A stretch of 47,707 nt of DNA, from NCBI GenBank assembly GCA_036562165.1, contig DATCKP010000124.1, positions 1 to 47,707 on the forward strand, in the 5' to 3' direction. Position numbers and translations under genes: made by a program. Below the pieces are notes generated by a model. It was not told where the DNA came from, did no database searches, and was given only the letters and a program-made list of their open reading frames with translations. The stretch comes from Clostridia bacterium. GTDB lineage: Bacteria; Bacillota; Clostridia; Christensenellales; DUVY01. This document shows, one piece after another, positions 15,687 to 25,565 of this stretch. Position 1 is the first letter of the stretch. The number at the start of each line of letters is the position of its first letter.

Positions 15687-17474
15687 ATGGCAAGAAACAG
15701 ATATTTCGAAGACGAAGCGCTGGAAGCCAAATTTAACGGCAAAATGATTTTGCGTATTTTGTCGTATATAAAGCCGTATAAAAAGCAATTTATAACTATC
15801 GCTGTATTTATGACAGTTCTAGGCGCGGTCTCGCTTTTGCCTTCGTTTTTTAACCGCGTAATAATAGACAAAATTTTGGACGCGAGCAACAGAGTTCCTT
15901 ATTATATAACGCTTGCTGCCGGCATAATAATCGCTTGGGTATTGGTAGCCGTAAGCGATATTTTATTTAACTTTGTAAAAACCAGGGTCTTGACCAAAAA
16001 CGCCTATAACGCAATAACCGACCTTCGCGGCGAGGTGTTTAGGCATTTGCAAAAACTGTCCTTTGATTATTTTGATTCTAGGCCCGCGGGCAAAATCTTG
16101 GTAAGGGTAACAAGCTACGTAGACGAGCTGGCCAACATCTTGTCCGGGGCGGTAGTAGGCTTTATAACCGACTCGGTTAAGACTTTATTAATTTTGATAT
16201 TCTTGTATATTTTGGATTACAGGTTCGCTCTTATCATTACAGCGGCTATAATTCCGCTAGGGTTTGCGATTACTTTCTTGCGCGCAAAAATCCATTTGAG
16301 ATGGCGGATTCTAAGAAACAAACACAGCAACCGCACTGCGTATATCGCGGAAAACATAAACGGCATAGCCGTAACCAAGGCGTTTAACCGCGCGGACTTA
16401 AACTGCCAAATTTATGACGAACTAAACAAAGAGTCTTACAACAGCTGGGTAAGAGTGGTAAGGCTTAACGAAATATTTTTACCTACTATGGACTTTTTCT
16501 GGAACATAGGCCAGTTTGGAATTTACCTGACGGCGTATTTAATCGCTATAAACTTTGGCTCGGCGACTTTGTCTCCCGGCTTATTGGTAAGCTTTATAGG
16601 ATATCTAGGGCTGTTCGGGCAGCCGCTTAATAATATATCTACCTACGTTCAACAACTCTCCAACGCAAGCTCAAACCTTGAGCGTATTTTCGAGACTATG
16701 GACACCCCGCCTTCTATTTACGACCGCGAAGGAGCTTACGACTTGCCGCCTATACAAGGGCATGTTAAGTTTGAAAACGTGTCTTTCGCCTACGAAAAAG
16801 ACAACTTTGTTTTAGAAAACTTTAATTTGGACGTTCCAGCGAGCAAAACCATCGCTTTGGTAGGACCGACCGGCGCGGGCAAAACCACAATCGTTAACCT
16901 GTTGAGCAGATTCTACGAAGTCTCAAGCGGCAGGATCTTGATAGACGGGCACGACATAAATAACGTGACTTTGCATTCTTTAAGAAGCCAAGTATGCGTT
17001 ATGATGCAGGACTCGTTCGTCTTTAGCGGCACGATTATGGAAAACATAAGATACGCTCGCCCGGACGCTGCGGACGAAGAGTGCATAAAGGCGGCTAAAA
17101 CGGTTAATCTGCACGAATACGTAATGCAATATCCCGACGGCTATAATCATTATATAGGCGAAAAAGGCGCGGGATTATCCAGCGGCGAAATACAGCTTCT
17201 TTCTTTCGCGCGGGCTGTTCTTTGCGACCCTAAGATATTAATTTTGGACGAAGCCACAAGCTCTGTAGACACCCAAACCGAATCCAAAATACAAGAAGCT
17301 TTGGAAAAGACTTTAAAAGGCCGCACAAGCTTTATAATAGCCCATAGGTTGTCCACCATAAGAAAAGCGGACTGCATACTTTATATAAGCAACAAAGGCA
17401 TTTTGGAAGCGGGTTCGCACGAAGAGCTTATGGCAAAAAAGGGCGCGTATTACGAACTTCAGACCAAAAATTAA
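15687..17474 (+). CDS. ABC exporter half-transporter (TMD-NBD), consensus-site subunit
   Basis: Walker A GPTGAGKTT, Walker B ILILDEATSSVD (catalytic Glu present), non-canonical signature LSSGEIQL. Starts 2 nt after the upstream stop. Confidence 0.9.
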   Translation: MARNRYFEDEALEAKFNGKMILRILSYIKPYKKQFITIAVFMTVLGAVSLLPSFFNRVIIDKILDASNRVPYYITLAAGIIIAWVLVAVSDILFNFVKTRVLTKNAYNAITDLRGEVFRHLQKLSFDYFDSRPAGKILVRVTSYVDELANILSGAVVGFITDSVKTLLILIFLYILDYRFALIITAAIIPLGFAITFLRAKIHLRWRILRNKHSNRTAYIAENINGIAVTKAFNRADLNCQIYDELNKESYNSWVRVVRLNEIFLPTMDFFWNIGQFGIYLTAYLIAINFGSATLSPGLLVSFIGYLGLFGQPLNNISTYVQQLSNASSNLERIFETMDTPPSIYDREGAYDLPPIQGHVKFENVSFAYEKDNFVLENFNLDVPASKTIALVGPTGAGKTTIVNLLSRFYEVSSGRILIDGHDINNVTLHSLRSQVCVMMQDSFVFSGTIMENIRYARPDAADEECIKAAKTVNLHEYVMQYPDGYNHYIGEKGAGLSSGEIQLLSFARAVLCDPKILILDEATSSVDTQTESKIQEALEKTLKGRTSFIIAHRLSTIRKADCILYISNKGILEAGSHEELMAKKGAYYELQTKN

Positions 17475-17517
17475 GCGTTTATGATATAATGTTATTAAAA
17501 TAAATTAGGAGCTTGTT

Positions 17518-18144
17518 ATGACTCAAAAACAAATTAAAGAATTTGATTGTTTGAGCATAGAATACGATAACAAACCTAGTTTGCTTGCCCGCGTTTATAA
17601 CAACCCTAGAAACGCGGTTATAATTATGGATATGGTGGCGGGATTTTGCGACCGCGGCGCGCTTGCAAGCCCTAGACTAAAAAGTTTAGCGGACAGAATA
17701 GCGGGCGCTTTGGATTATCTGCCTGAGGCAGTTAAGTTTTTCATAAACGACGCTCACACACCGGACTCTTTGGAATTTTCAAGCTATCCTAAGCACTGTC
17801 ACACGCCCGAGGAAAGACAGATCACGGACGTGTTATCTCGAGTAAAAGGAATAATCATAGAAAAAGACAGCACCAACGGAATCTTCAGCTTCCTAAAATA
17901 CGCGGACATAAACTTATATGACAATTTCTTGATTATGGGCAATTGCACGGATATTTGCGTGCTGCAGTTTGCGCTGTCTTTAAGAGCGTATTTTAACGAA
18001 ATCAAAAAGACGGCAAACGTGTTAGTGTTTACCGACTACGTGGACACGTTTGACGGGCCTTTGCACAACGCCGAGCTTATGCAAGTGTTTGCCCTAAAGA
18101 ATATGGAACAGTCGGGCGTAAAAATATTTAAAAACTTGGTATAA
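17518..18144 (+). CDS. Isochorismatase-family cysteine hydrolase (nicotinamidase-like)
   Basis: VIIMDMVAGFC (catalytic Asp region) and GNCTDICVLQFA (catalytic Cys motif). AGGAG RBS. Confidence 0.8.
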   Translation: MTQKQIKEFDCLSIEYDNKPSLLARVYNNPRNAVIIMDMVAGFCDRGALASPRLKSLADRIAGALDYLPEAVKFFINDAHTPDSLEFSSYPKHCHTPEERQITDVLSRVKGIIIEKDSTNGIFSFLKYADINLYDNFLIMGNCTDICVLQFALSLRAYFNEIKKTANVLVFTDYVDTFDGPLHNAELMQVFALKNMEQSGVKIFKNLV

Positions 18145-18175
18145 AAAAGCAGCTTGTCAATTAAGCTGCTTTTTT
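18143..18175. terminator. Bidirectional terminator between the hydrolase gene and pyk
   Basis: AGCAGCTT / AAGCTGCT stem flanked by A6 and T5. Confidence 0.85.
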
Positions 18176-18180
18176 AAATT

Positions 18181-19599
18181 TTAATTCACGTGTTCGATTT
18201 TTAGTATGTTTGTGTTTCCGGACACTCCAACAGGCACGCCGGCGGTTATTACCACAATGTCGCCTTTTTTGACAATGCCCGTCTTTTTTGCGCAGTCGAT
18301 AGCGTGCTCAAACAATAAGTCGGTGTTTTTTTGAATCGTTCCCAATACAGGCGTGACGCCCCAGCTTAGAGACAGCTTGTGATAAACCTTTTTATTAGTG
18401 GTTACCGCAATTATAGGCGGCGAAGGCCTGAAACTGCTTATCATTCTCGCCGTAAGACCGCTTTGGGTTACTACCAAAATGGCGGCGGCGTTTAAATCCA
18501 TAGCGGCAGCGCACGTAGCGTGCGAAACCGCGTCCGAAATATTTTTGATTTCCATTTCTAAGAAGCTAAAATGTTTTTTGAAATCAATCGTGCTTTCGGC
18601 GTAGCTTGCTATAGACGACATAGTTTTTACCGTTTGGATAGGATACTCGCCTATAGCGGTTTCTCCGCTTAACATTATTGCGCTTGTGCCGTCAAAAACG
18701 GCGTTGGCGATATCCGAAATCTCGGCTCTTGTGGGCTTGGGAGCGTGAATCATAGACTCAAGCATTTGAGTGGCGGTGATAACCTTTTTGCCCGCGCGGT
18801 AGCATTTTTTGATAATCTCTTTTTGGATAGAAGGCAGCTGCTCAAACGGGATTTCCACGCCCATATCGCCGCGCGCTATCATTATTCCGTCGGAGTAGCG
18901 TAAGATTTCGTCTAAGTTTTTTACGCCTTCTCTGTTTTCGATTTTGGCGATTATCTCGATTTCTTCTCCGCCGTGACGGTTTAATAGGTTTCGCACTTCT
19001 TTGACGTCGTCAGCCGACCTTACAAATGACATCGCGATATAGTCGACGTCTTGCTTTATGCCAAACAGCAAATCTTCTTCGTCTTTTTTGGACAGATACG
19101 GCATTTCTATATGGCAGGCGGGGATGTTTATGCTCTTGTTATTGCTAAGCTCCCCGCCTTCCACGACCGTGCATATAATTTCGTTTTTTTCTACGCTGTT
19201 GACTTGAAGCTCGATAAGCCCGTCGTTTAACAAAATTGTGGTGCCGGGCTTTATGCATAGCGGAAGCTTTTTGTAAGTAATGCTTACCCTTTCGTTATTG
19301 CCTGCTATATCTTCCGTAGTCAATACAAATTTTTGACCTTTTTCCAAAATAACTTTGGAATTTTCAAAGGTTTTTATTCTAATCTCCGGGCCGCGAGTGT
19401 CCAGCATAATGGCGATGGGAAGATTGAGCTGGTCTCTTAATTTTTTGACCATGTTAATTCTTCGCTCGTGCGACTCATATGTGTCGTGCGAAAAATTAAG
19501 ACGAGCCACGTTCATGCCCGCGAGCATTAACTTTTTCAATACGTTCTCATCGTCTGTTTTAGGGCCTAGAGTGCATATGATCTTGGTCTTTCTAACCAT
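18181..19599 (-). CDS. pyk: Pyruvate kinase
   Basis: KTKIICTLGP, NVARLNFSH, MLDTRGPEIR and MIARGDMGVEIP motifs. ATG at 19599 (MVRKTK) with an AGGAG upstream; the ORF-track N-terminal extension was discarded. Confidence 0.96.
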   Translation of the reverse strand: MVRKTKIICTLGPKTDDENVLKKLMLAGMNVARLNFSHDTYESHERRINMVKKLRDQLNLPIAIMLDTRGPEIRIKTFENSKVILEKGQKFVLTTEDIAGNNERVSITYKKLPLCIKPGTTILLNDGLIELQVNSVEKNEIICTVVEGGELSNNKSINIPACHIEMPYLSKKDEEDLLFGIKQDVDYIAMSFVRSADDVKEVRNLLNRHGGEEIEIIAKIENREGVKNLDEILRYSDGIMIARGDMGVEIPFEQLPSIQKEIIKKCYRAGKKVITATQMLESMIHAPKPTRAEISDIANAVFDGTSAIMLSGETAIGEYPIQTVKTMSSIASYAESTIDFKKHFSFLEMEIKNISDAVSHATCAAAMDLNAAAILVVTQSGLTARMISSFRPSPPIIAVTTNKKVYHKLSLSWGVTPVLGTIQKNTDLLFEHAIDCAKKTGIVKKGDIVVITAGVPVGVSGNTNILKIEHVN

Positions 19600-19750
19600 A
19601 AAAGAAAAACTCCTAAAGTTTAAAAAAATTACCATCATTAACCCATAAGATTATATCACATAGTAAGATAAATACAAAACGGCGTATTGCGTTTAATCGT
19701 TATTTTTTTACCCTTGCATTGAATGTTACTAATAGTATTGCTTATGAAGA

Positions 19751-19797
19751 AAAATATAATAAACGGCTTATATGATTAAATATCTAAAGCCGTTTTT
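19751..19797 (-). terminator. Hairpin terminator in the uxaC-pyk spacer
   Basis: AAACGGCTT (19761-19769) / AAGCCGTTT (19787-19795), T-rich on both sides. Confidence 0.5.
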
Positions 19798-19941
19798 ATA
19801 ATAAAAATCTTAATGCGGACTTATAAAAGAAAAAATCTTAATCGCAAACGCCGTCCGAAACATTTTTTATTCGTTTTTGCTTAAAGCGTTCTCAATATTG
19901 TTCAGGGATAAAACTATACCGGGGTTTTGCCCGATATAGTT

Positions 19942-21348
19942 TTATAAATCGTTTAGCCCAAGGTATTGTTTTATGTTGTAATACGAAATATTTTGAATTA
20001 ACGCTTTGAGATTATCGGGATTTTGCGGATATTCTCCCGCCAAAACCGCGCGGGCTATGAAATTACACAAAATACGTCGGAAATAATCGTGCCTTACGTA
20101 AGAGGTTAAGCTTCTTGAGTCAGTAAGCATTCCTATAAAGTTCCCTAAAACCCCGTATTCCGAGACGGCGGTTAAATGTTCGTATATGCCGCTTTTTGTG
20201 TCGTTAAACCACCACGCCGCGCCGCTTTGCATTTTTCCTTTTACAGGCGCGCTCTGGAAACAATTAATTATAGTATTTATCGCTCTGTTGTCGTTGGGAT
20301 CTAAAGAATAAACAATAGTCTTAGGCAGGCTGTCTTGCGACTCTAGTTTATCTAAAAACTTAGCAAGGCGTTCTATTTTATAAGAGCTGTTTATGCTGTC
20401 AAAGCCCGTGTCAATACCTAGCCTATAAAACATTTTGGAGTTGTTGTTTCGCAGGCAGTTATAATGAAGCTGCACAGCCATATCGTATCGCTTGTATAGT
20501 TTGGCTAGATACAGCAATAAAAACGTCTTATATTTTTGAGCTTGCTCGCCGATTACTTTTCCGCCCTTTAGGCCTTTTTTGAAGATAGCGGCGGCTTCTT
20601 TAGGCGAGCATTCCGAATATATAAATTCTGTAAGACCGTGGTCAGAGACCTTGCAGCCGTTTTGGGCAAAAAACTCTAGACGTTTGCTTAAAGCGTCCAA
20701 TAAATCGTCTAAAGTTTTAATTTCTATCTTGGAAGCCTCGGCTAAAGCGCTGATATACGCGGCAAAACCGGGCGATTCTATATTTAAGGCTTTGTCAGGT
20801 CTAAACGAAGGCAAAACTTTAAAACCTAAACCTTTTGTTTGAGAAAGTTTGTTATGGGCAGCCAAGTCGTCCGACGGGTCGTCCGTTGTGCATAATAATT
20901 GGACATTAGACTGCCTTATAATGTTGCGCGCAGAAAAGGAAGGCGAATTTATAATTTTTTTGGTATGCTCGTAGATTTCTAAAGCGGTAGAAGCGTTTAT
21001 TTCGCCATTATAGCCAAAATATCGCTTTAGCTCCATATGACACCAGACATAAATAGGGTTGTTAACGCACGACGGCAAGATCGAACAAAAGGCTTGAAAC
21101 TTCTCAAAATTATCGGCGTCCCCGGTAATATATCTTTCGTCTATTCCGCAATTTCGCATAAGCCGCCATTTATAATGGTCGCCGGACAGCCAAAGCTCAG
21201 TTATATCCGAAAAAACCTTGTCTTCCAAAATCCAATCAGGATTGATATGGCAATGATAGTCTATTATAGGCAAATCTTTGGCGTAATCTTGATATAACTC
21301 TTTTGCCAAACTAGACTCTAACAGCAAATCGTCGTTTAAAAAACTCAT
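19942..21348 (-). CDS. uxaC: Glucuronate (uronate) isomerase
   Basis: N-terminus MSFLNDDLLL...LPIIDYHCHINP and typical UxaC sequence to the end. The ATG at 21348 is 9 nt after GGAG; the ORF-track TTG at 21363 was discarded. Confidence 0.94.
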   Translation of the reverse strand: MSFLNDDLLLESSLAKELYQDYAKDLPIIDYHCHINPDWILEDKVFSDITELWLSGDHYKWRLMRNCGIDERYITGDADNFEKFQAFCSILPSCVNNPIYVWCHMELKRYFGYNGEINASTALEIYEHTKKIINSPSFSARNIIRQSNVQLLCTTDDPSDDLAAHNKLSQTKGLGFKVLPSFRPDKALNIESPGFAAYISALAEASKIEIKTLDDLLDALSKRLEFFAQNGCKVSDHGLTEFIYSECSPKEAAAIFKKGLKGGKVIGEQAQKYKTFLLLYLAKLYKRYDMAVQLHYNCLRNNNSKMFYRLGIDTGFDSINSSYKIERLAKFLDKLESQDSLPKTIVYSLDPNDNRAINTIINCFQSAPVKGKMQSGAAWWFNDTKSGIYEHLTAVSEYGVLGNFIGMLTDSRSLTSYVRHDYFRRILCNFIARAVLAGEYPQNPDNLKALIQNISYYNIKQYLGLNDL

Positions 21349-21383
21349 ATATTTTATCTCCAAAAATTGTAATATCAGAATTA

Positions 21384-21397
21384 TGAAACCGCTTACA
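21384..21397. promoter_or_regulatory. cre-like / LacI-family operator upstream of uxaC
   Basis: TGAAACCGCTTACA fits the catabolite responsive element pattern TGNAANCGNTNNCA. It lies 36 nt upstream of the uxaC ATG. Confidence 0.5.
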
Positions 21398-21652
21398 TAT
21401 AATATATATTAATACTCAAAAAAATACAAGCCGATTTAATCCTAAAAAGCGTTAAAATGGAATCTCCTTGTATTTTATTATTGTGTAGCATAATTAAAAG
21501 CCTTATAAATTATTCAAGTAAAAAACAAAAGAACCTAACCAAGCATTTAGCTCTTTTTAAAAATGCGATCAGCAGTTAACGTTAGAGCAATTTCTTATAA
21601 GCTTATTTTCTTAAAAAATAGAATTAATTTAATAAAATATTTATATTTGCTG

Positions 21653-21686
21653 AAAAAAAAGAAAAAACCGCTATAAAATAGCGGTT
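21653..21686 (-). terminator. Terminator after tRNA-Thr(GGT)
   Basis: AACCGCTA (21666-21673) / TAGCGGTT (21679-21686), with a long U-run on the minus strand. Confidence 0.75.
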
Positions 21687-21693
21687 TATTTTT

Positions 21694-21769
21694 TGGAGCT
21701 GATGACGGGGCTCGAACCCGTGACCTCCTCCTTACCAAGGAGGTGCTCTACCTGCTGAGCTACATCAGC
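21694..21769 (-). tRNA. tRNA-Thr, anticodon GGT, CCA encoded
   Basis: Folded by hand into a cloverleaf. Acceptor GCTGATG/CATCAGC, D stem GCTC/GAGC, anticodon stem CCTCC/GGAGG with loop TTGGTAA, T arm ACGGG-TTCGAGC-CCCGT. 76 nt. Confidence 0.95.
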
Positions 21770-21817
21770 TTAAAATTATAAAATAAAAGCGTTGTCTTTA
21801 AACAATCGTGCCTATAA

Positions 21818-21846
21818 ATTATAATATATCGTTATGCCGTTGGCAA
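21818..21846 (-). promoter_or_regulatory. Promoter of tRNA-Thr(GGT)
   Basis: Minus strand: TTGCCA (rc of 21841-21846), 17 nt, TATAAT (rc of 21818-21823). Confidence 0.6.
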
Positions 21847-21892
21847 GTATAAATCGCAAAAAGTTGCCTGAAAATAATGGATAATTTTAAAT

Positions 21893-22801
21893 TTATTTAT
21901 CAATTCTGACGTCTTTGCCTCGAAAATACAAAAATAACGAGTCAGTCTTGTTGTTCAGCCTAGAAAATATTCTTTCGCCGTAGCGTTCGAAAATATCGTC
22001 CAAGCTTAAATTAGTCGTAATAAGCGTATGCTTTTTTTCGGATTTGCGTTGGTTGATAACGTTTAGCAAATACTCCTGCGTAACGTTGCGGTATATAGGC
22101 TCGGTTCCCAAATCGTCTATCAAAAGAAGATCGCATTCTAAAACCGGCTCTAGATATTGGAGCTTGTCTTCAGGGCCGGCTGTATGGCCCTTTAAAAATA
22201 AATTATTAAGTCCGAACGCTGTCGTGAAAAACACGTCAAACCCTAAAGACGCTAATTCGGCGGCTATACAGCTTATAAGATAAGTCTTGCCTGTACCCGT
22301 GCCCCCGCTGAATACGATAGAATTAAAATTCGTGTTAGGGAACTTGACGCAATATTCTTTCATTTTTTCATACGTTTGCTTCATCAATTCCTTTTGCTTT
22401 GGGTCTTTAAACACGTCGAAGTCGCAGTTTTCAAAACCGCATTTAATATTTTCGGGGATTCCGCACATATCGGCGACCTTTCTTGCGACTTTTCTTTTGA
22501 CGCACAAGCAAGGCTTGCCGTCTAAAAAGCCTGTGTCTTGGCATCTTTCGCAAGAGAATTTGACGGATATGTCAAGCCCGAGTTTTTTTAAAATCGATTC
22601 CCGCTCGTTTTTTATCTTTTCTAATTCTTGTATTAATTCAGGTTCGGGGTTTTTAGCGCACAAATAGTTATATTCCCTGAATTTTTTTTCGATATTATAA
22701 AACTCTTGGTGTTCTAAAGCCTTTAGGTAATTATATTCGGCGTATGTTTGAGCAAGCGACCTTTTGTCCGCAAGCTCGTTTAGAACTTCTTTTAATATCA
22801 T
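21893..22801 (-). CDS. DnaI/DnaC-like AAA+ helicase loader
   Basis: Walker A GGTGTGKTY, Walker B LLLIDDLG, and an N-terminal Cys cluster CERCQDTGFLDGKPCLC as in DnaI-type loaders. Starts 2 nt after the upstream gene. Confidence 0.85.
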   Translation of the reverse strand: MILKEVLNELADKRSLAQTYAEYNYLKALEHQEFYNIEKKFREYNYLCAKNPEPELIQELEKIKNERESILKKLGLDISVKFSCERCQDTGFLDGKPCLCVKRKVARKVADMCGIPENIKCGFENCDFDVFKDPKQKELMKQTYEKMKEYCVKFPNTNFNSIVFSGGTGTGKTYLISCIAAELASLGFDVFFTTAFGLNNLFLKGHTAGPEDKLQYLEPVLECDLLLIDDLGTEPIYRNVTQEYLLNVINQRKSEKKHTLITTNLSLDDIFERYGERIFSRLNNKTDSLFLYFRGKDVRIDK

Positions 22802-22803
22802 TT

Positions 22804-24237
22804 TTAGAATTCCACCTTGGTAATATCGTCGATAAGCGCGTTAAGCTCTTGCTGGGTGTAAGTTCTCTGCGTAGAAGGCTTTTGAGTTTTATAATGGTCG
22901 TCTTTAGACTGATGGGCGGCGACAAGTTTAGCCTGCTCTACCGTAGTAATCTTTTGCTTATACCATGACGCCAAAACTTTGTTCATATACGCTATAGGCG
23001 AAGTCGTTCCCCTGGCTAGTTCGGCGCAGTATAAAATAAGCTCGTCGCTAAGCCCCCAAGAATAAGTCCAAGTCCTGTAGCTGTCTCTGTCCCAGCTTGT
23101 AATGTTTCGGTCTATTTGCAGCGTCTCAAAAACGCGCTTAATCTTTTTGTCGGTTTCGCTCAATCTTTCAAGATGCGATATTATGCTGCTTGCGCTGACC
23201 AAGCCTTGTTTGTAAAATTTATTGACAAGGTCGTTCATGCCTTCCAGCGTGCGTATGTGCCGCCTAAAGCACACGTCCGCTATCATAATAAGCGCTTCTT
23301 CTTCAAAGCCTTTGCTCAGCCAGTCGCTGATATATGTTTCTATTATATAATCAAGCTGTTCATAATAGACGCCTATAGTCCTGTTGATATTCCTTGCCAG
23401 AGAGTAAAGTTTGTCGCGGTTGTTCTCAAATTCTTCGATTTCTTTTATGGTCATTAGTTTGTTTTCGTAATACTTGGTCAAAACGCTGTCAAGCTTGGAA
23501 AACCCGCCTTTTTTTATTCGCTTTGCCACGGCTGTTATAGTGTCAAGGTCAAATAAAAATTCTTCTTTCCACTTTAAATACATCGAGCGTTCGTCTATGT
23601 CCGCTTTCTTTTTGCTGCCCAAAGCCTTCATTACTTGGGCGAGTTCTTCCGAAACCTTGTCGTATTCCAAAATCTTTTGCTCTACCCGCTCGCAAGTGGT
23701 AATGCCCGCGTTCGCCCAGTTTCTTGCCACCGCGGATATGTATTTGTAATTGATATTAGGGCCTTTGAGATCTATGCAATATCTTACTATAAGCAAAAAC
23801 GCTTCGGGCTCTATATGATAAGTTTCTATCAAGCTGTAATATTCGTTAAACTCGTTGGGCAAAATTTCGCGGTCAAACATCGCCTCAAGCTTGAGATTAA
23901 ATTCCGCGTATTTGGCCGCGCTGTATTTTTTGATGTTAAGCGCGCTTTTGGGCGGCAGGTATTTGACGGAAAAAGGGTTATGGCTTACTATGGACACAAG
24001 TCCGAGCTCAGCCCAATAGGTGTAAGCGTCTATAATTTCGGACGGCTCCATAGACAGAGCCCGCGCCATCTTCTCAAGCTCGTTATCCGGAGCGTGCGGC
24101 TGCGCGCACAAAAACAGCCCGTAGATATAAACTTTGACGCACATATCGGGCGCTTGCGGAAGGTATTCCGAAATAAACAAATTGTCTACATTGGTGAAGC
24201 TGTCCAGCAAGTATTCGCCCGAAAAACTGACAAACAT
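22804..24237 (-). CDS. DnaD-domain replication initiation protein (Bacillus DnaB-like)
   Basis: Repeated DnaB_2/DnaD C-terminal type modules (YISAVARNWANAGITT ... YMNKVLASWYKQKITT), gene-paired with the DnaI-like loader. Confidence 0.78.
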   Translation of the reverse strand: MFVSFSGEYLLDSFTNVDNLFISEYLPQAPDMCVKVYIYGLFLCAQPHAPDNELEKMARALSMEPSEIIDAYTYWAELGLVSIVSHNPFSVKYLPPKSALNIKKYSAAKYAEFNLKLEAMFDREILPNEFNEYYSLIETYHIEPEAFLLIVRYCIDLKGPNINYKYISAVARNWANAGITTCERVEQKILEYDKVSEELAQVMKALGSKKKADIDERSMYLKWKEEFLFDLDTITAVAKRIKKGGFSKLDSVLTKYYENKLMTIKEIEEFENNRDKLYSLARNINRTIGVYYEQLDYIIETYISDWLSKGFEEEALIMIADVCFRRHIRTLEGMNDLVNKFYKQGLVSASSIISHLERLSETDKKIKRVFETLQIDRNITSWDRDSYRTWTYSWGLSDELILYCAELARGTTSPIAYMNKVLASWYKQKITTVEQAKLVAAHQSKDDHYKTQKPSTQRTYTQQELNALIDDITKVEF

Positions 24238-24431
24238 TATCTCTGTATACCTTAAAAATCAAATAATATATGGGACTTCAATAATAGCATTTTTCGGGTC
24301 AAACTTCAAGTTATATGTTCACAAGACAACAGCCTATAAAACTATGTTTTTAAAATATTTAATTTTTGATATAAAAATCAATATATTGTTCTTACAGGCG
24401 TTATGTGTTAATATAAAAATGGTAAAAAAAT

Positions 24432-25565
24432 ATGAAAATATTACATGCTGCTGATCTGCATTTAGGGAAAAAACTGTTTAACGTAGACAGAATAGACGAA
24501 CAAACGGCGGTAATGCGGCAAATTATAGACATCGCCCGAGAAAACAAGGCGGACTTGGCCGTTATCGCCGGCGACATCTTTGACACAGCGCTGCCTTCCG
24601 CCGCGGCTGAGACGCTGTTTTTTGAAAGCATGGCGGAATTAGGGCGTATTTGCGCGGTAGTCGTCATAGCGGGCAATCACGACGACCCTGTTAGATTATC
24701 CGCCGCAAAAGAGATGGCCCTTGCTTGCAACATAGTTTTGGCGGGAGACCAAAACATAACCTACGCGTCAAAAAAATTCCAAGCTGGCAACGGCTATATA
24801 AAAACCGAAATCAACGGCCAAAAGGTATGCCTAAACATATTGCCTTATCCTTCGGACTCCAGGCTTGGCGAAGCCATAGAAGAAAACACTACTTATCCGG
24901 AGCGGGTAAAGAAAAAGCTGTTTGAAGGGGCAAAAGGCTTTGAGCAAGACAGCGTCAATATAACCGTTTCTCATCTATTTTGCGCGGGCGGCGTAAAGGA
25001 AGGCGACGAGCGTGAAATTGAGCTGGGCGGGGCAAGGCTTATTCCTTTGGACGCGTTTCCCCCGGCGCATTACACCGCGCTGGGACATGTCCACAAGCCG
25101 CAGACTATGTCAAAATCAAGAAACATCTACTACAGCGGCTCTATAATGCCTTACGCTTTTGAAGAAACCGCCCAAAAATCAGTGATTTTGGCGGATATAG
25201 ACTCTAAAGGCGTTAGAGAAATTCAAAGAGTCCCTTTGACCAAATATAAGCCCGTAGCTAAATTGAAAGCCGAAAACATAATGCACGCCTTAGAGCTTTT
25301 GGACGCAAATCAAGACAAATGGGTTTGGCTGGAATTAAACGCACTAGACAGCCTGTCCGACAGCGATACTAAAAGAATCAAAGCTTTTTCTAACTTGGTA
25401 AGATTTTCGCTCAACTTGCCCGAAAGAGAAAAAATAATCCTAAAAGACAAACGCCAAAAGTCCGACCGCGAAATCTTTGTGGAGTTTTACAAAAGCCAAT
25501 ACGGCGGAAGCGAGCCCAGCGGGGAGCTTGTTAATTTGTTTTTGGAGATTATGAACGAATTATGA
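24432..25565 (+). CDS. sbcD: Exonuclease SbcD (Mre11 family)
   Basis: Phosphoesterase motifs MKILHAADLHLG, GDIFD, GNHD and GHVH. Confidence 0.92.
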   Translation: MKILHAADLHLGKKLFNVDRIDEQTAVMRQIIDIARENKADLAVIAGDIFDTALPSAAAETLFFESMAELGRICAVVVIAGNHDDPVRLSAAKEMALACNIVLAGDQNITYASKKFQAGNGYIKTEINGQKVCLNILPYPSDSRLGEAIEENTTYPERVKKKLFEGAKGFEQDSVNITVSHLFCAGGVKEGDEREIELGGARLIPLDAFPPAHYTALGHVHKPQTMSKSRNIYYSGSIMPYAFEETAQKSVILADIDSKGVREIQRVPLTKYKPVAKLKAENIMHALELLDANQDKWVWLELNALDSLSDSDTKRIKAFSNLVRFSLNLPEREKIILKDKRQKSDREIFVEFYKSQYGGSEPSGELVNLFLEIMNEL

